DNA of 64,000 nt. It comes from Macrostomum lignano (taxonomy: Eukaryota). The position numbers and the translations under genes are program-made. Below, in pieces: positions 10,689 to 22,996 of the stretch. The notes beneath the pieces are model-generated. The model saw only the letters and a list, made by a program, of their open reading frames with translations, did no database searches and was not told the origin of the DNA. Positions within the stretch are counted from its first letter, which is position 1. The number at the start of each line of letters is the position of its first letter. The DNA lies in contig NIVC01002206.1 of the NCBI GenBank assembly GCA_002269645.1, positions 124,001 to 188,000 of the forward strand, in the 5' to 3' direction.

Positions 10689-10910
10689 TTTAACAGAGTC
10701 AACTATTGCAATATTTGGTGGACGATAACAAAAACACGAGGGCTCAAAAGCCAGAATCAGTCGATATATATATTTTAATATTAGGCATGCACAAAGTACG
10801 TGCGTACATTACAATCGATAAATTAAAAGGCAACTTGAGCGTGCCCCAACCCCCCAGCGCAGGCCAACCCCAAAACCGCAAATGCAAACTCTCAATATCA
10901 AGTCATCACA
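10689..10910 (-). repeat. Gypsy 5' LTR
   Basis: Followed on the minus strand by 1 nt and then the PBS. Confidence 0.93.
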
Positions 10911-11625
10911 CTTTGTTAAACCAATTATTTTCCATTAGGACATAGAAAAATTTCTTAAGCAACAAAAATAATATTACTTATGATATGATAATTATTTATT
11001 ATTTGAGTATTTTATACTATAAAAGATTGGTATTTCAAAAAAAATTCAAATAATATTAATAGTTTTTGACTTGGTCTAAGATTATTGAACAAAAATACAA
11101 ACTATAAAAAGCAAAATTTCAAACATGCTATATTTATTTGATGATTTTTAAAGTAAAAATTGATATAAAAATAGCCTTGTTTTAAAATTAATTGATTAAT
11201 AAAGAATAATTGATACTTATATATAATAATTGCTAATAGAAATCATTGCCAATAACTAATAGCAAACAAAACAAAGCAAAAAAATTAAATAACTTAATTA
11301 ACTTTTTGACGTAAAAACTTTTTAGACAAACAATTAAAAATATATTTAGCATTGCTATACAGACTATATTAATTATAATATGAAATTTGGTCTAATATAC
11401 ATTTTTGTTATATAAATTTAATGCCAGCTTTTTTTAACTTTTTATAGATAATTGATAGATAGGCCCATACATGCACAACCTTCAAAATTCAGTCAGCTGT
11501 GCAACTTAGTTTTAACAAAAAATGTGATGTAGTTTTTGGCCAAAGATGTGACTTACATATAAAAGAAACCCTAAAGCAAAATTAATGCAACTTTGGGTAA
11601 ACAGCAGGACTGACTACAACAGGTT

Positions 11626-12347
11626 TTTCAAAAGTAACGAGAATTTTGTTATAACTTTTGATTGGATGAACGCATGAACCTGAAATTTTCGCCCAATCAT
11701 TTTATACAAGCAACAAGTGACGAGTGGACAAGTAAGAATGACAAGTTTGCGCTGCTTTCACTGACTGTCCATTAGCTGACTGCAGACTTCAGGCAGAAGA
11801 TGGTAACAATCTGTGCAGCACCAATCACTGGAGCTGCAACTGCGGCCAATGTTTCTAACACTCTGACGGAGGTCTTGCAAGAGTGGGGACTGATGCCCAA
11901 GCTAAGTGGCTACACTATTGATGATGATTCCATAATGGTTGTGGCCTTCAGAGGACTTGATCTGCAGTGAGTCTCGTGTGTCATCCATTGGTTGCAAAAT
12001 TGCATTTGCGATTATTTGCCTGATGGTGCAAAGGATGGTGCCTAGCGGTTTGTCTCTCGGCTGGTGATTCTCTGCAAGAAGATTGCCAGCCACTTTTGCC
12101 ACTCCAAAGATTCTAATAAAAATCAATTTAAATATAAGCAAATTTGTCAAATGCTTGTTTTAATATCTGCTATTGTGATATTTGATATTTGGTATTCATT
12201 ATTTGGCTAGTTTGTATCCAAATATTCAGTATTCGGATTTGGTAAAATCTGATAATTGTTCCATCTTTAAAAATTGTTGGGTGAAAATTTCAGGTTCATG
12301 TGTTTATCCAATCAAAAGTTGTAACAAAATTCTCATTACTTTTGAAA
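11626..12347. repeat. ~80-bp inverted repeat pair (11626-11704 / 12268-12347) bracketing the hAT fragment
   Basis: TTTCAAAAGTAA(C/T)GAGAATTTTGTTA...ATTTTC(G/A)CCCAA is matched in reverse complement with a few mismatches; no TSD found. Confidence 0.75.
11712..12115 (+). pseudogene. hAT-superfamily transposase fragment
   Basis: TSDEWTS...LSLTVH*...NVSNTLTEVLQEWGL..KL...TIDDDSIM...SCVIHWLQ...CKKIASHFCHS follows the Ac/ZBED core pattern; three stops. Confidence 0.75.
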
Positions 12348-13017
12348 TACTCATCATATGATTGTCTTATTAAGGCAAAATGCCTTATTATCTAGGGGCC
12401 TACTTAGTACTTGGATATTTATTGGGGTGGGCATTTTTGTGACTTACCTTGGTTGGCCACCAAATTGGTCAGCCAGATTGGCCGACTGATGCGCATGTAT
12501 GGATAGGCCTATCATTTTATATCAAATGGGCACTTTTGTAGATAGCAGTCTAATATAATAAAAAAATTATAAAGAATATTAATGTATAAACTCAAGATTT
12601 ATAATAAAAAAAGCAAAAAATGTTAGCTATATAATGTTAGCCTAACATAAAAAAGTTTATATGTAAATGTATATCTGAAAATTTCTACCAAAATATACAT
12701 TAAAATTTTCAACTACTTATTATCTACATTTATTAATTATCTTACCAAAACTTGTTATAAAAACAATAGATGAAAAGAGAAAAAATTGAAAAAGATACTG
12801 CTTACTTCTAAAAATGCTGCTTTTTATGCTTAATTTTTTTATTGATTTATTGCTAGCTATTGTTACTATTAAATAGCCTACAATAATAGACAAACTGTCT
12901 ATGGTAATCTTTGAGCAAATGATACGCCTCTCTTCATTCACAGCGCCTCCCTTCATTCACAGCACCTCTTTTCATTCACAGAATGATTGAGTGAAGTGAC
13001 AATTTCTTTAAAAATTG

Positions 13018-13468
13018 GGCAATGTCCTACTTTCCCACATTAAATTATTTAGACCCAATTTTTGTTATTTTCAGTGTAAATCATGGCTAGACAACCTTGA
13101 GTGCCTATAAATATCCTACCTCCTGCCAATTTGCAGCTATTGGCTGACCTCTATGACCTTGGAATCAGTCATTGAGAATACTAATAAAGGCACCTGGGCC
13201 CACATGAAGGCAAAATTTTGTAGTCAGCATGGCACCAATGATGACCTTTTTGACTCTCATCTTAGAAAGTTTCTCTGGCACTGACTCTAGGGGCCTACCC
13301 AAAAAGAGCTTTGGCAACTTTCTGTACTGGCTGACACATTACTACGCCATGTACTACTCTTTTTAATACCTAAGACTCATTTTAAATCTTGAATAAACTT
13401 GCTTTTGTTTGTTCATTTCAAATTTTATGTCAAAATAATAATTTAACATGGGAAACTAGGACATTGCC
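13018..13468 (+). mobile_element. Non-autonomous Merlin element (451 bp)
   Basis: TIRs GGCAATGTCCTA(C/G)TTTCCCA (fits GGNRM); perfect 8-bp TSD AAAAATTG (13010-13017, 13469-13476); remnant TWAHMKAKFCSQHGTNDDLFDSHLRKFLWH* resembles the Merlin/IS1595 C-terminus. Confidence 0.82.
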
Positions 13469-13891
13469 AAAAATTGTTTTAAATAAATAAAGCTTGGAAG
13501 TTCTTGGAGTGATATTTAACAATTTATTTCTAGCAATAAAAGCCTATTTAAATACAAAAACTCCATAAAATGATTGTGTTCCAAAACTATCGCACTTCTT
13601 TGTCAATATAGCTTTTAAGCAATCATGCCATCATGGAACCATAAATCTTTTTTATAAATGAGCACCTCATGCTCATATACTATTTCAGTTTCAGAAGACA
13701 ATCATTTAAACAAAAATTGCCCCAAAAATTAACCACATTCTGAAACTAGGCCTATAGCACTATAGGCCTATTTTTCTATCTCAAGAGGCCCCCCACTTGC
13801 ACAGATCTAGGTAAACTTGTCAACTTTTTATTTGTCAACTGTGTTGTATAGTGTATAACTGATAGGCCTATGGAGTATAACAAAGTGTATA

Positions 13892-15152
13892 CACCTTTTT
13901 CCATTCTATTTTGGCAAACGTGCAATCAAAGTCAAAATCTTTTCATTCAATTCAGACAGTTTATGGTAGTTCTTAGCTAGATGTGCATTCAATTCCGACA
14001 AATGTGCTTTCAAAAGCAACAATTTTCAAACAAAGCAAACAAGCTACCACAAGAAACCGACACTTTGTAATCAATTCAAACAATTTACAATCAATTCCAA
14101 CAGTTGGCTATGAATTGGCTTTTTCTGTCTTCCTATCTATGGCTCATACTGCAAAATTTCTAATCAATTCCAACAAATTTCAATCTATTTAGACAAGCCA
14201 TTGGAGTATATACTACATTGCTACTTTGGATTTTTCAGGAAAGTAAGCATGAAGGCCAGTCTTCAGTTCGGTTAGAGTAACATAAGGGTTAACTTGAATC
14301 AACTCTTCAAGAAAATCCAACATCTCTTGATCCACTCTTACATGCTAACATGCTTAGGACCTTCTTTTTGCATTTTAGCTGGCCTTCCACTTTTCACAAT
14401 TGTATACATAGTTGTTCGCTTGATGCCCATTGCTCAAGCAAGATGCACAAAATCGTCTCTATTTGCATGTGCATCAATGAGCCTCTGCCAATCGTTGTCA
14501 CTCACTTTTGCATTCGGCATTATAAGCGTATTCTTGAGGTCTTCTTCTGTACAATATCTTCTGTACAATACAATTTGATTCAAAAAGCTACAGTAGCTCC
14601 TATATGTATGCTTCATTCTGTCAAATGAAATGGTACCTATACTTAAATTTCAAATTTTTCTCTTCATGATGTGTCTATGGCATTGAGTCATGGCTCCATC
14701 TAACCTCAACAGTTGGAAAAAACTTTTGTTCCTGTTCATTGCAAAAGTACAGAAGTATATATGCAAGGCTAGATCTATCTATGGGTGTTCTGAATCTCCA
14801 AGTTTCTTTCCATGATGTGTCTATGGCATCTAGCCCTGGTCCCAACCAAACCAAAGTAAAAAGTAGCTTGTTTAAATAGATTGAAATTTGTCGGAATTGA
14901 TTGAAAATTTTGCAGTATGAGCCATAGACAGGAGGACAGAAAAAGCCAATTCATAGCCAACTGTTGGAATTGATTGCAAAGTGTCAGTTTTTTGTGGTAG
15001 CTTGTTTGCTTTGTTTGAAAATTATTGCTTTTGAAAGCACATTTGTCAGAATTAAATGCACGTCCAGCCAAGAACTACCATAAACTATCTGAATTGAATG
15101 AAAAGATTTTGACTTTGATTGCACATTTGCCAAAATAGAATGGAAAAAGGTG
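13892..15152 (-). mobile_element. IS630-Tc1-mariner-type non-autonomous element with ~300-bp TIRs
   Basis: TA|CACCTTTTTCC...GGAAAAAGGTG|TA; TIRs ~13892-14197 / 14860-15152. Internal degraded HTH regions MPNAKVSDNDWQRLIDAH...MGIKRTTMYTIV and VDQEMLDFLEELIQVNPYVTLTELK (14210-14520, minus strand). Confidence 0.78.
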
Positions 15153-17188
15153 TAGAAGTAAGAGATGCAAACAGAAAAGGCAATCTGGCGACAATAAAGG
15201 TAGCCATTGTAAACCCCACTTGCACAGCACAGAGTCCTCCGCTTCCACTGACTCTTTACATAGTGCAAAGAGAATTGTTTAAAGAGAGAATTGAGAGGGG
15301 TTACAAAGCGAAATGTGTACCACGCTATCCCCCTCTCAATTTTAGAAGACAATATTTTAATGCTACTTTTAGATAAAAAAACAACACGTGAGTTTTAGTA
15401 TTAAGATGATCAATAGGCCTAACCGAAATTGTGCTTACATCTGCGGAATACTAATTGTTTGCTAGAAGAGTAGAAAATGATAAAAAGTTACTTTTTCTTC
15501 TATAGTTTTAGAATATGATCATTCCGACTGTCGACTGTCTGTAGCTGTAGTGTAGTAGATTCACTGCTTGTAGAATATATTAGGCCTATAATATAGAGTT
15601 TGTCATTATACGAATGAGATCTTCATTTGTACAATTTATTGACATGTTAACTTGACAATTTACATTAACTTTGTCACCTGGTTTGGCACACTTATTTACA
15701 CAAACAAACAACTATTCCACGAAGAAGTTCCTAGAATAGAAGTAGTACCGTTTAAGACAGTAACAATTAAAAAGTGATGAAAATGCTTTTAAAAACTGCT
15801 TGTAATTTGAAAACATTTTTTTCGAATACAACAAATGCTTTCAGGTAAAACAAATATTTAGCTATTTAATTATTTGTAAACAAACACTTAACAACAAGTT
15901 TTTTATTTAGGTATTTTCATCATTAGATATATAAAATTTAAAAAACCATTGTTTTCACCTCTACGTAAAATTACACCCACGTTTTAGAAAGACGTCATAA
16001 ATTCTTTTTTTGAGGCTCCTATAAGACAGAAAATTTCAACGCGCTATTGAATTGAATAGCTACACGAATGATTTAATCAGCCTTTATACTTGGCATTCTT
16101 TACAACTTTGCTGGAGGACGTTGTGTTTTGTGTCGTATTTTGTGTCAGAGCATGCAGGTACACAATAAGGTAAAAATGAATATTAAAGCAGTCCGCTGCT
16201 TTGTGAGTAGTTTAGTTCTCGTTCTGTCAAAGTTTGTGGTTTAGGCCATAGACATAAAAGTGCAGGCTTCACAAAGGGTTGCTTAAATATTCATTTTCCG
16301 AACACAGTTTTTACATGTATTATTATAGCCTCACCTATTTTGATCAAACAGCAGTTTGATCTATCTAATCTAACCAAACAGAAGGAACTTCGTTTTCATC
16401 AAATGAAAAGTGCCTATGTGTTGAAATGCCCAGCCGCGGGGCTTGGCTCCCGCAGCCCCACTTTTCCCCTACTCTTTCATTCTAATTATCCCGCAGCCTA
16501 TAGCTTGCTGAGGAAAAAATATGGCGCGATAACAGTTAATACCCATACAGTAATATACCATTCAAACACGAAAAACAGTTCCCTTTCATTTCGAATATGT
16601 TGAAACATGCATGGGTTAAAAATTAAGAATTAGGACTTCTAGACTAGAAAATCTAGAGAAGCTGAACTTCTAAAACTATACTGATTATTCCCTGGCGCCA
16701 AAACGAGAAAGTGAGAGCCAGCTAGGGCGCCAACAGAGGCACACAAAAATGAATGAATTGCTTTAGTAACTTTAGTCTCCAACAGAGCAGCAAATTATGC
16801 TACTCAAAAGTAATAAAATGATTCTTGACTTGTATAATATACAGCTGTAATATATATATATCTATACTTAATCATTGTACCGTGCAATCTCAATTTCAAA
16901 TAAACGTTTTATCACGCTCTCATTTCTATCGTTGAGAAAACTCTTTAAAATCTCAGCATTTCGAGTCAAGTATCTTAATAAATCCAGCGCCGCAAATTCA
17001 ATGCTCTGGCTGAAGCTGCAGGTGCAGAGGATGCGGTTCAATTTTGTTTGCATTTAATCGTAAAACAAACAATACCAGCTACAAACGTATTCGCGTGTAT
17101 AAGGTATGAGATAAAAAGCTATGGGAATGCATTGAAATAATTTCTTAAAAAGAGTTATAACACAGCAGTTTCTTCACATACCGTAGAT

Positions 17189-17404
17189 GGGCATCACAAA
17201 CCCGACAAATCACAACTCCGAAAAGCGCTTTCCATCATAAATCCGATATATCACAAACCCGAAAAATCACTAACCCGAAATATCATAACTCCGAAAGTTC
17301 TAGCAATGTCCAACACTATTTTGGTTTTCGGAGTTATGATCTTTCGGGTTTATGATGGGAAGTGCTTTCGGAGTTGTGATTTTTCGGGTTTATGATGGCG
17401 ACCC
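17189..17404. mobile_element. Palindromic MITE (216 bp), MULE-like
   Basis: ~80-bp TIRs built of ATCA(C/T)AA(A)C(C/T)CGAAA subrepeats; GGG...CCC ends; TSD CCGTAGAT at 17181-17188 and 17405-17412 (8 or 9 bp). Confidence 0.75.
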
Positions 17405-18017
17405 CCGTAGATGAAAGTGCAAGCAAGCTAGAAAAAAGGCGCATATGAGCATAGCAGGATCAAATCACAACATTTAGTGAGAATTCAGCGATCAATCATA
17501 CACTGGTTGCCATGGTAATGTCAAACAGCACCAAACTCGAAGCATATGCTGAACGTCAAAAAAAGTTTGTTAAAAAATTTCTATCATGTGCAATACTGTA
17601 AAGGTACTGTAGGAAAACTGAGTAATTAAAAAAGCAAAATCCTCTCCGATTAGCAATGAGCTCAAGCAAAGTCATGTTAGTTAGCATTAAATAGGAAATA
17701 TTGCAAACATTATGACAATGGAAACGGTGCCGAAATAAAGATATTCGTCTTTTATGAAGCTTGGGTGGCAACTAAGGAAATAAAAAAAGCGAGCAAAAGT
17801 AATTTTATTTTCAAAGTCACAGAAAACTTCCCATCTCTTTAATGCAGTTGGCAGCATTTGAGATTGATAACTCCAGCTATCCATGCTGACAAGCCGCGTT
17901 GATTTTCGGACAGAACTTGGCACAGTTAAATACTGAATATTAATATTAATATTAATATTAATATTAATAATATGCTGCTAGGAAAATCAGATTTAAAAAA
18001 GCTGGTAGCAGTTAGAC

Positions 18018-20325
18018 TCCCTTAGACTGCCATTCATCCAACCCTTAGACTGCCATTCATCCAACCCTTAGACTGCCATTCATCCAACCCTTAGACTGCC
18101 ATTCATCCATCCCTTAGACTGCCATTCATCCAACCCTTAGACTGCCATTCATCCAACCCTTAGACTGCCATTCATCCAACCCTTAGACTGCCATTCATCC
18201 ATCCCTTAGACTGCCATTCATCCATCCCTTAGACTGCCATTCATCCATCCCTTAGACTGCCATTCATCCATCCCTTAGACTGCCATTCATCCATCCCTTA
18301 GACTGCCATTCATCCATCCCTTAGACTGCCATTCATCCATCCCTTAGACTGCCATTCATCCATCCCTTAGACTGCCATTCATCCATCCCTTAGACTGCCA
18401 TTCATCCATCCCTTAGACTGCCATTCATCCAACCCTTAGACTGCCATTCATCCAACCCTTAGACTGCCATTCATCCAACCCTTAGACTGCCATTCATCCA
18501 ACCCTTAGACTGCCATTCATCCATCCCTTAGACTGCCATTCATCCATCCCTTAGACTGCCATTCATCCATCCCTTAGACTGCCATTCATCCATCCCTTAG
18601 ACTGCCATTCATCCATCCCTTAGACTGCCATTCATCCAACCCTTAGACTGCCATTCATCCAACCCTTAGACTGCCATTCATCCATCCCTTAGACTGCCAT
18701 TCATCCAACCCTTAGACTGCCATTCATCCAACCCTTAGACTGCCATTCATCCAACCCTTAGACTGCCATTCATCCATCCCTTAGACTGCCATTCATCCCT
18801 TAGACTGCCATTCATCCATCCCTTAGACTGCCATTCATCCATCCCTTAGACTGCCATTCATCCATCCCTTAGACTGCCATTCATCCATCCCTTAGACTGC
18901 CATTCATCCATCCCTTAGACTGCCATTCATCCATCCCTTAGACTGCCATTCATCCATCCCTTAGACTGCCATTCATCCAACCCTTAGACTGCCATTCATC
19001 CAACCCTTAGACTGCCATTCATCCAACCCTTAGACTGCCATTCATCCAACCCTTAGACTGCCATTCATCCAACCCTTAGACTGCCATTCATCCATCCCTT
19101 AGACTGCCATTCATCCATCCCTTAGACTGCCATTCATCCATCCCTTAGACTGCCATTCATCCATCCCTTAGACTGCCATTCATCCAACCCTTAGACTGCC
19201 ATTCATCCAACCCTTAGACTGCCATTCATCCAACCCTTAGACTGCCATTCATTCAACCCTTAGACTGCCATTCATCCAACCCTTAGACTGCCATTCATCC
19301 ATCCCTTAGACTGCCATTCATCCAACCCTTAGACTGCCATTCATCCATCCCTTAGACTGCCATTCATCCAACCCTTAGACTGCCATTCATCCAACCCTTA
19401 GACTGCCATTCATCCATCCCTTAGACTGCCATTCATCCAACCCTTAGACTGCCATTCATCCAACCCTTAGACTGCCATTCATCCAACCCTTAGACTGCCA
19501 TTCATCCATCCCTTAGACTGCCATTCATCCATCCCTTAGACTGCCATTCATCCATCCCTTAGACTGCCATTCATCCATCCCTTAGACTGCCATTCATCCA
19601 TCCCTTAGACTGCCATTCATCCATCCCTTAGACTGCCATTCATCCATCCCTTAGACTGCCATTCATCCAACCCTTAGACTGCCATTCATCCAACCCTTAG
19701 ACTGCCATTCATCCATCCCTTAGACTGCCATTCATCCCTTAGACTGCCATTCATCCATCCCTTAGACTGCCATTCATCCATCCCTTAGACTGCCATTCAT
19801 CCATCCCTTAGACTGCCATTCATCCATCCCTTAGACTGCCATTCATCCATCCCTTAGACTGCCATTCATCCATCCCTTAGACTGCCATTCATCCATCCAT
19901 TAGACTGCCATTCATCCATTAGACTGCCATTCATTCATCCCTTAGACTGCCATTCATTCATCCCTTAGACTGCCATTCATCCATCCATTAGACTGCCATT
20001 CATTCATCCCTTAGACTGCCATTCATCCATTAGACTGCCATTCATTCATCCCTTAGACTGCCATTCATCCATCCCTTAGACTGCCATTCATCCCTTAGAC
20101 TGCCATTCATCCCTTAGACTGCCATTCATCCCTTAGACTGCCATTCATCCCTTAGACTGCCATTCATCCATCCCTTAGACTGCCATTCATCCCTTAGACT
20201 GCCATTCATCCCTTAGACTGCCATTCATCCCTTAGACTGCCATTCATTCAACCGTTAGACTGCCATTCATTCAACCGTTAGACTGCCATTCATTCAACCC
20301 TTAGACTGCCATTCATCCCTTAGTC
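18018..20325. repeat. 23-bp minisatellite (~100 copies) just downstream of the brainiac-like gene
   Basis: Unit CCCTTAGACTGCCATTCATCCA(A/T); 19-bp deletion variants concentrate at the right end. Confidence 0.97.
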
Positions 20326-20335
20326 TGCACAGGCC

Positions 20336-20341
20336 TTTATT
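20336..20341 (-). terminator. Candidate polyadenylation signal of the brainiac-like gene
   Basis: AATAAA on the minus strand, ~78 nt after the stop codon at 20419. Confidence 0.5.
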
Positions 20342-20418
20342 TGATTGCAATCGCTTGGGTTCAGATCATCACTTTGAGCTCCATAATTCCGGCGACAATT
20401 CACAGAACTCGAGGCCGC

Positions 20419-21501
20419 CTACAGCAAGCTCCTAGTTGCCAGGCTAATAACCGGGACGTCGAACACGCTGTAGTTCATAGCCCGCCAGATGTCGTGCAAC
20501 AGGTTTAGCCGTCTGTCCAGGTGCATAGCAATCACGTTACCATAGACTTGCTGGGACACCGGCGTCAGTAATTCGTGATAGAACAGGCCGTGATGCTCCG
20601 GCTCGATGCCGATCTTCTTCAACACAATGCCGAGGAAAACGTCGTCAAAGCGAATGTACCTCACGAACCGCTGAGCCAGGCTCACCCGACGACAGAGCGC
20701 CCGGGTGGTGAGCACGGCTCCGCCTGTAGGGTAGGGCGGCCAGAACGCGTAGGGGTACTCGGACAGGGTGGTGTACCACCGGTTCATCGGGCTGCGCTTC
20801 GGCACCGGCTTAGCGAACACGAAGCCGACCGCTAGCCGGGGATCCGATCTTCGGTGCAGCAGACTCCGCAGCAGGTGTGCCAGGTTAGTCGGGCTGACGT
20901 AATAGTCATCATCGGCGAATAGAACGAAATCGGCTGACTGACAGCTGTTGGCTGCGAAGTCGAACGCGAACATCGTCTTGTAGGTGTTGTTGAAGTAGGA
21001 GTCGATGAAATCCTGCTGAATGATGTCGCCGTGCATCGCCTGTTCGGCGTTCACTCGAACCTGCTGCGTCTGACTGACGCTGCCGCCCAGTACGAATGCG
21101 TGAAACACCTGCACACCGAGCCGCTGGTAGTTTCGCTGATTAACCCAGGTAGAACGAACGGCGTCGCGGAACTGCCGATTACCCAAGCCGCTCTTCACCA
21201 GGATCAGCAGCCGCGGAGCGGCCTGCTGCGCTAGAAAACTTCTATGGAGTTGGCACAGATTCTTGCCGGGGTGCAGCACGGCAAACGAGACATTGTTGAT
21301 GGTAGCTGTTTCTCTTGGATAGGCCTGGAAGCGATCGTAGTGGCTGAGCAGCTGCTGGAAGTCAATCTCCAAGGGATAGGTGAACTGTGAGTAGGGCAGG
21401 ACTAGCATATACGGAACCACCTCCAGGCCGAACCAGAGAATTGGCACGAAAGCTATCACTGCCAGTATGGTGAGGCACAGAGTCTGCCGCCTGCCGCGAA
21501 A
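20419..21501 (-). CDS. brn: Brainiac/bre-5-like beta-1,3-glycosyltransferase (GT31), main exon
   Basis: Acceptor ttgacag|TTT at 21501; TM segment; motifs LVKS..NR..RDAVRSTW, DFIDSYFNNTYKTM, FADDDYYVS, WY...EYPYAFWPPYPTGG and RFDDVFLGIV closely parallel Drosophila Brainiac. Confidence 0.88.
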   Translation of the reverse strand, partial: FRGRRQTLCLTILAVIAFVPILWFGLEVVPYMLVLPYSQFTYPLEIDFQQLLSHYDRFQAYPRETATINNVSFAVLHPGKNLCQLHRSFLAQQAAPRLLILVKSGLGNRQFRDAVRSTWVNQRNYQRLGVQVFHAFVLGGSVSQTQQVRVNAEQAMHGDIIQQDFIDSYFNNTYKTMFAFDFAANSCQSADFVLFADDDYYVSPTNLAHLLRSLLHRRSDPRLAVGFVFAKPVPKRSPMNRWYTTLSEYPYAFWPPYPTGGAVLTTRALCRRVSLAQRFVRYIRFDDVFLGIVLKKIGIEPEHHGLFYHELLTPVSQQVYGNVIAMHLDRRLNLLHDIWRAMNYSVFDVPVISLATRSLL

Positions 21502-21540
21502 CTGTCAATAAGGTTTTGAGGGATTGTGTTCGAATTGAAT

Positions 21541-22189
<649 letters not shown>

Positions 22190-22454
22190 CCTAAATTCTC
22201 TTACGCTCGAAGATGTAGTACTTCCGCTTCAGTTTCAACTGTTTCAAACCTGACCTGTCTTGAATCCATCTGTGAGCCGTGGCTCAGGGGGGATTGCTCA
22301 GATGTTCTGAATAAAGCTTAAGTAAATAATTTAGTTTTTCCTGGCTAGATACACTGTTTCGGACTGTTTTAAACTCCATCTGCTCCTAGCAAAGTCAGAA
22401 TCGTGCACAGCGCACCCAGTCGTAATCTGAACTTAAGCGATAGAGCAGTCTTAC

Positions 22455-22601
22455 CCTGTACAGTAGGCGTCGCCATCTGTTTCTCAACACTCCAGGTGAT
22501 TTATTGCCAAAGCTAATCTCTAGCCCTGGCCAGACAGTTGCTAGGCTTCGAACTGCGCACCTTGACGCTTTGGTAACGCAGCGCAACAGAAATCGTCGCA
22601 T
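22455..22601 (-). CDS. brn: Probable first exon of the brainiac-like gene (basic cytoplasmic tail)
   Basis: ATG at 22601, AGG|gtaaga donor at 22455 in phase 0 with the main exon; junction ...RNRWRRLLYR|FRGRRQTLCLTILAV gives type II membrane topology, ~409 aa total. Confidence 0.65.
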
Positions 22602-22996
22602 TTTTCTTTCATTAAAAACGGCCTCTCAAAAAGTTTGCTCTCAACGTCTTATTTTTATCTCTTTCTATGGCATTTACTCAAAGTCAGGCGGCTCTGTATA
22701 TTAGCGGCCGGTGCGCTATTATGCTATCGAATATTTGCCTTATTATAGTGCGCCTACATGGTCGGCTAGATGACGCATAAGGCTAACGAAATACCCTGCA
22801 TGGCAACACTGGCAAAGCGAGGGCAAACAAAACAGTCTTATATTTACACACTGCGCTAAATGTCACCCATTGGCTAACTGGTATCTGCATGTGCTCTCTG
22901 ACTTTCTTACGATATAATCATTTTTTGAATAAAAATTCTAATAAACAAAAATTTGTTTGCATATCTGTAATACTCTTGACTAAAGGAGATTAAACC

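Larger units (their letters stand above)
6391..10910 (-). mobile_element. Full-length Ty3/Gypsy LTR retrotransposon (probably Mag-like clade), 4520 bp, disabled
   Basis: Two 222-bp LTRs with 1 mismatch; 5-bp TSD CTTTG (6386-6390, 10911-10915); PBS; domain order gag-PR-RT-RH-IN. Confidence 0.95.

Noticed and set aside
17556-17923. Coding exons in ORFs 17556-17771 and 17687-17923
   Set aside because: No recognisable motif, and no consistent donor/acceptor phase chain could be built.
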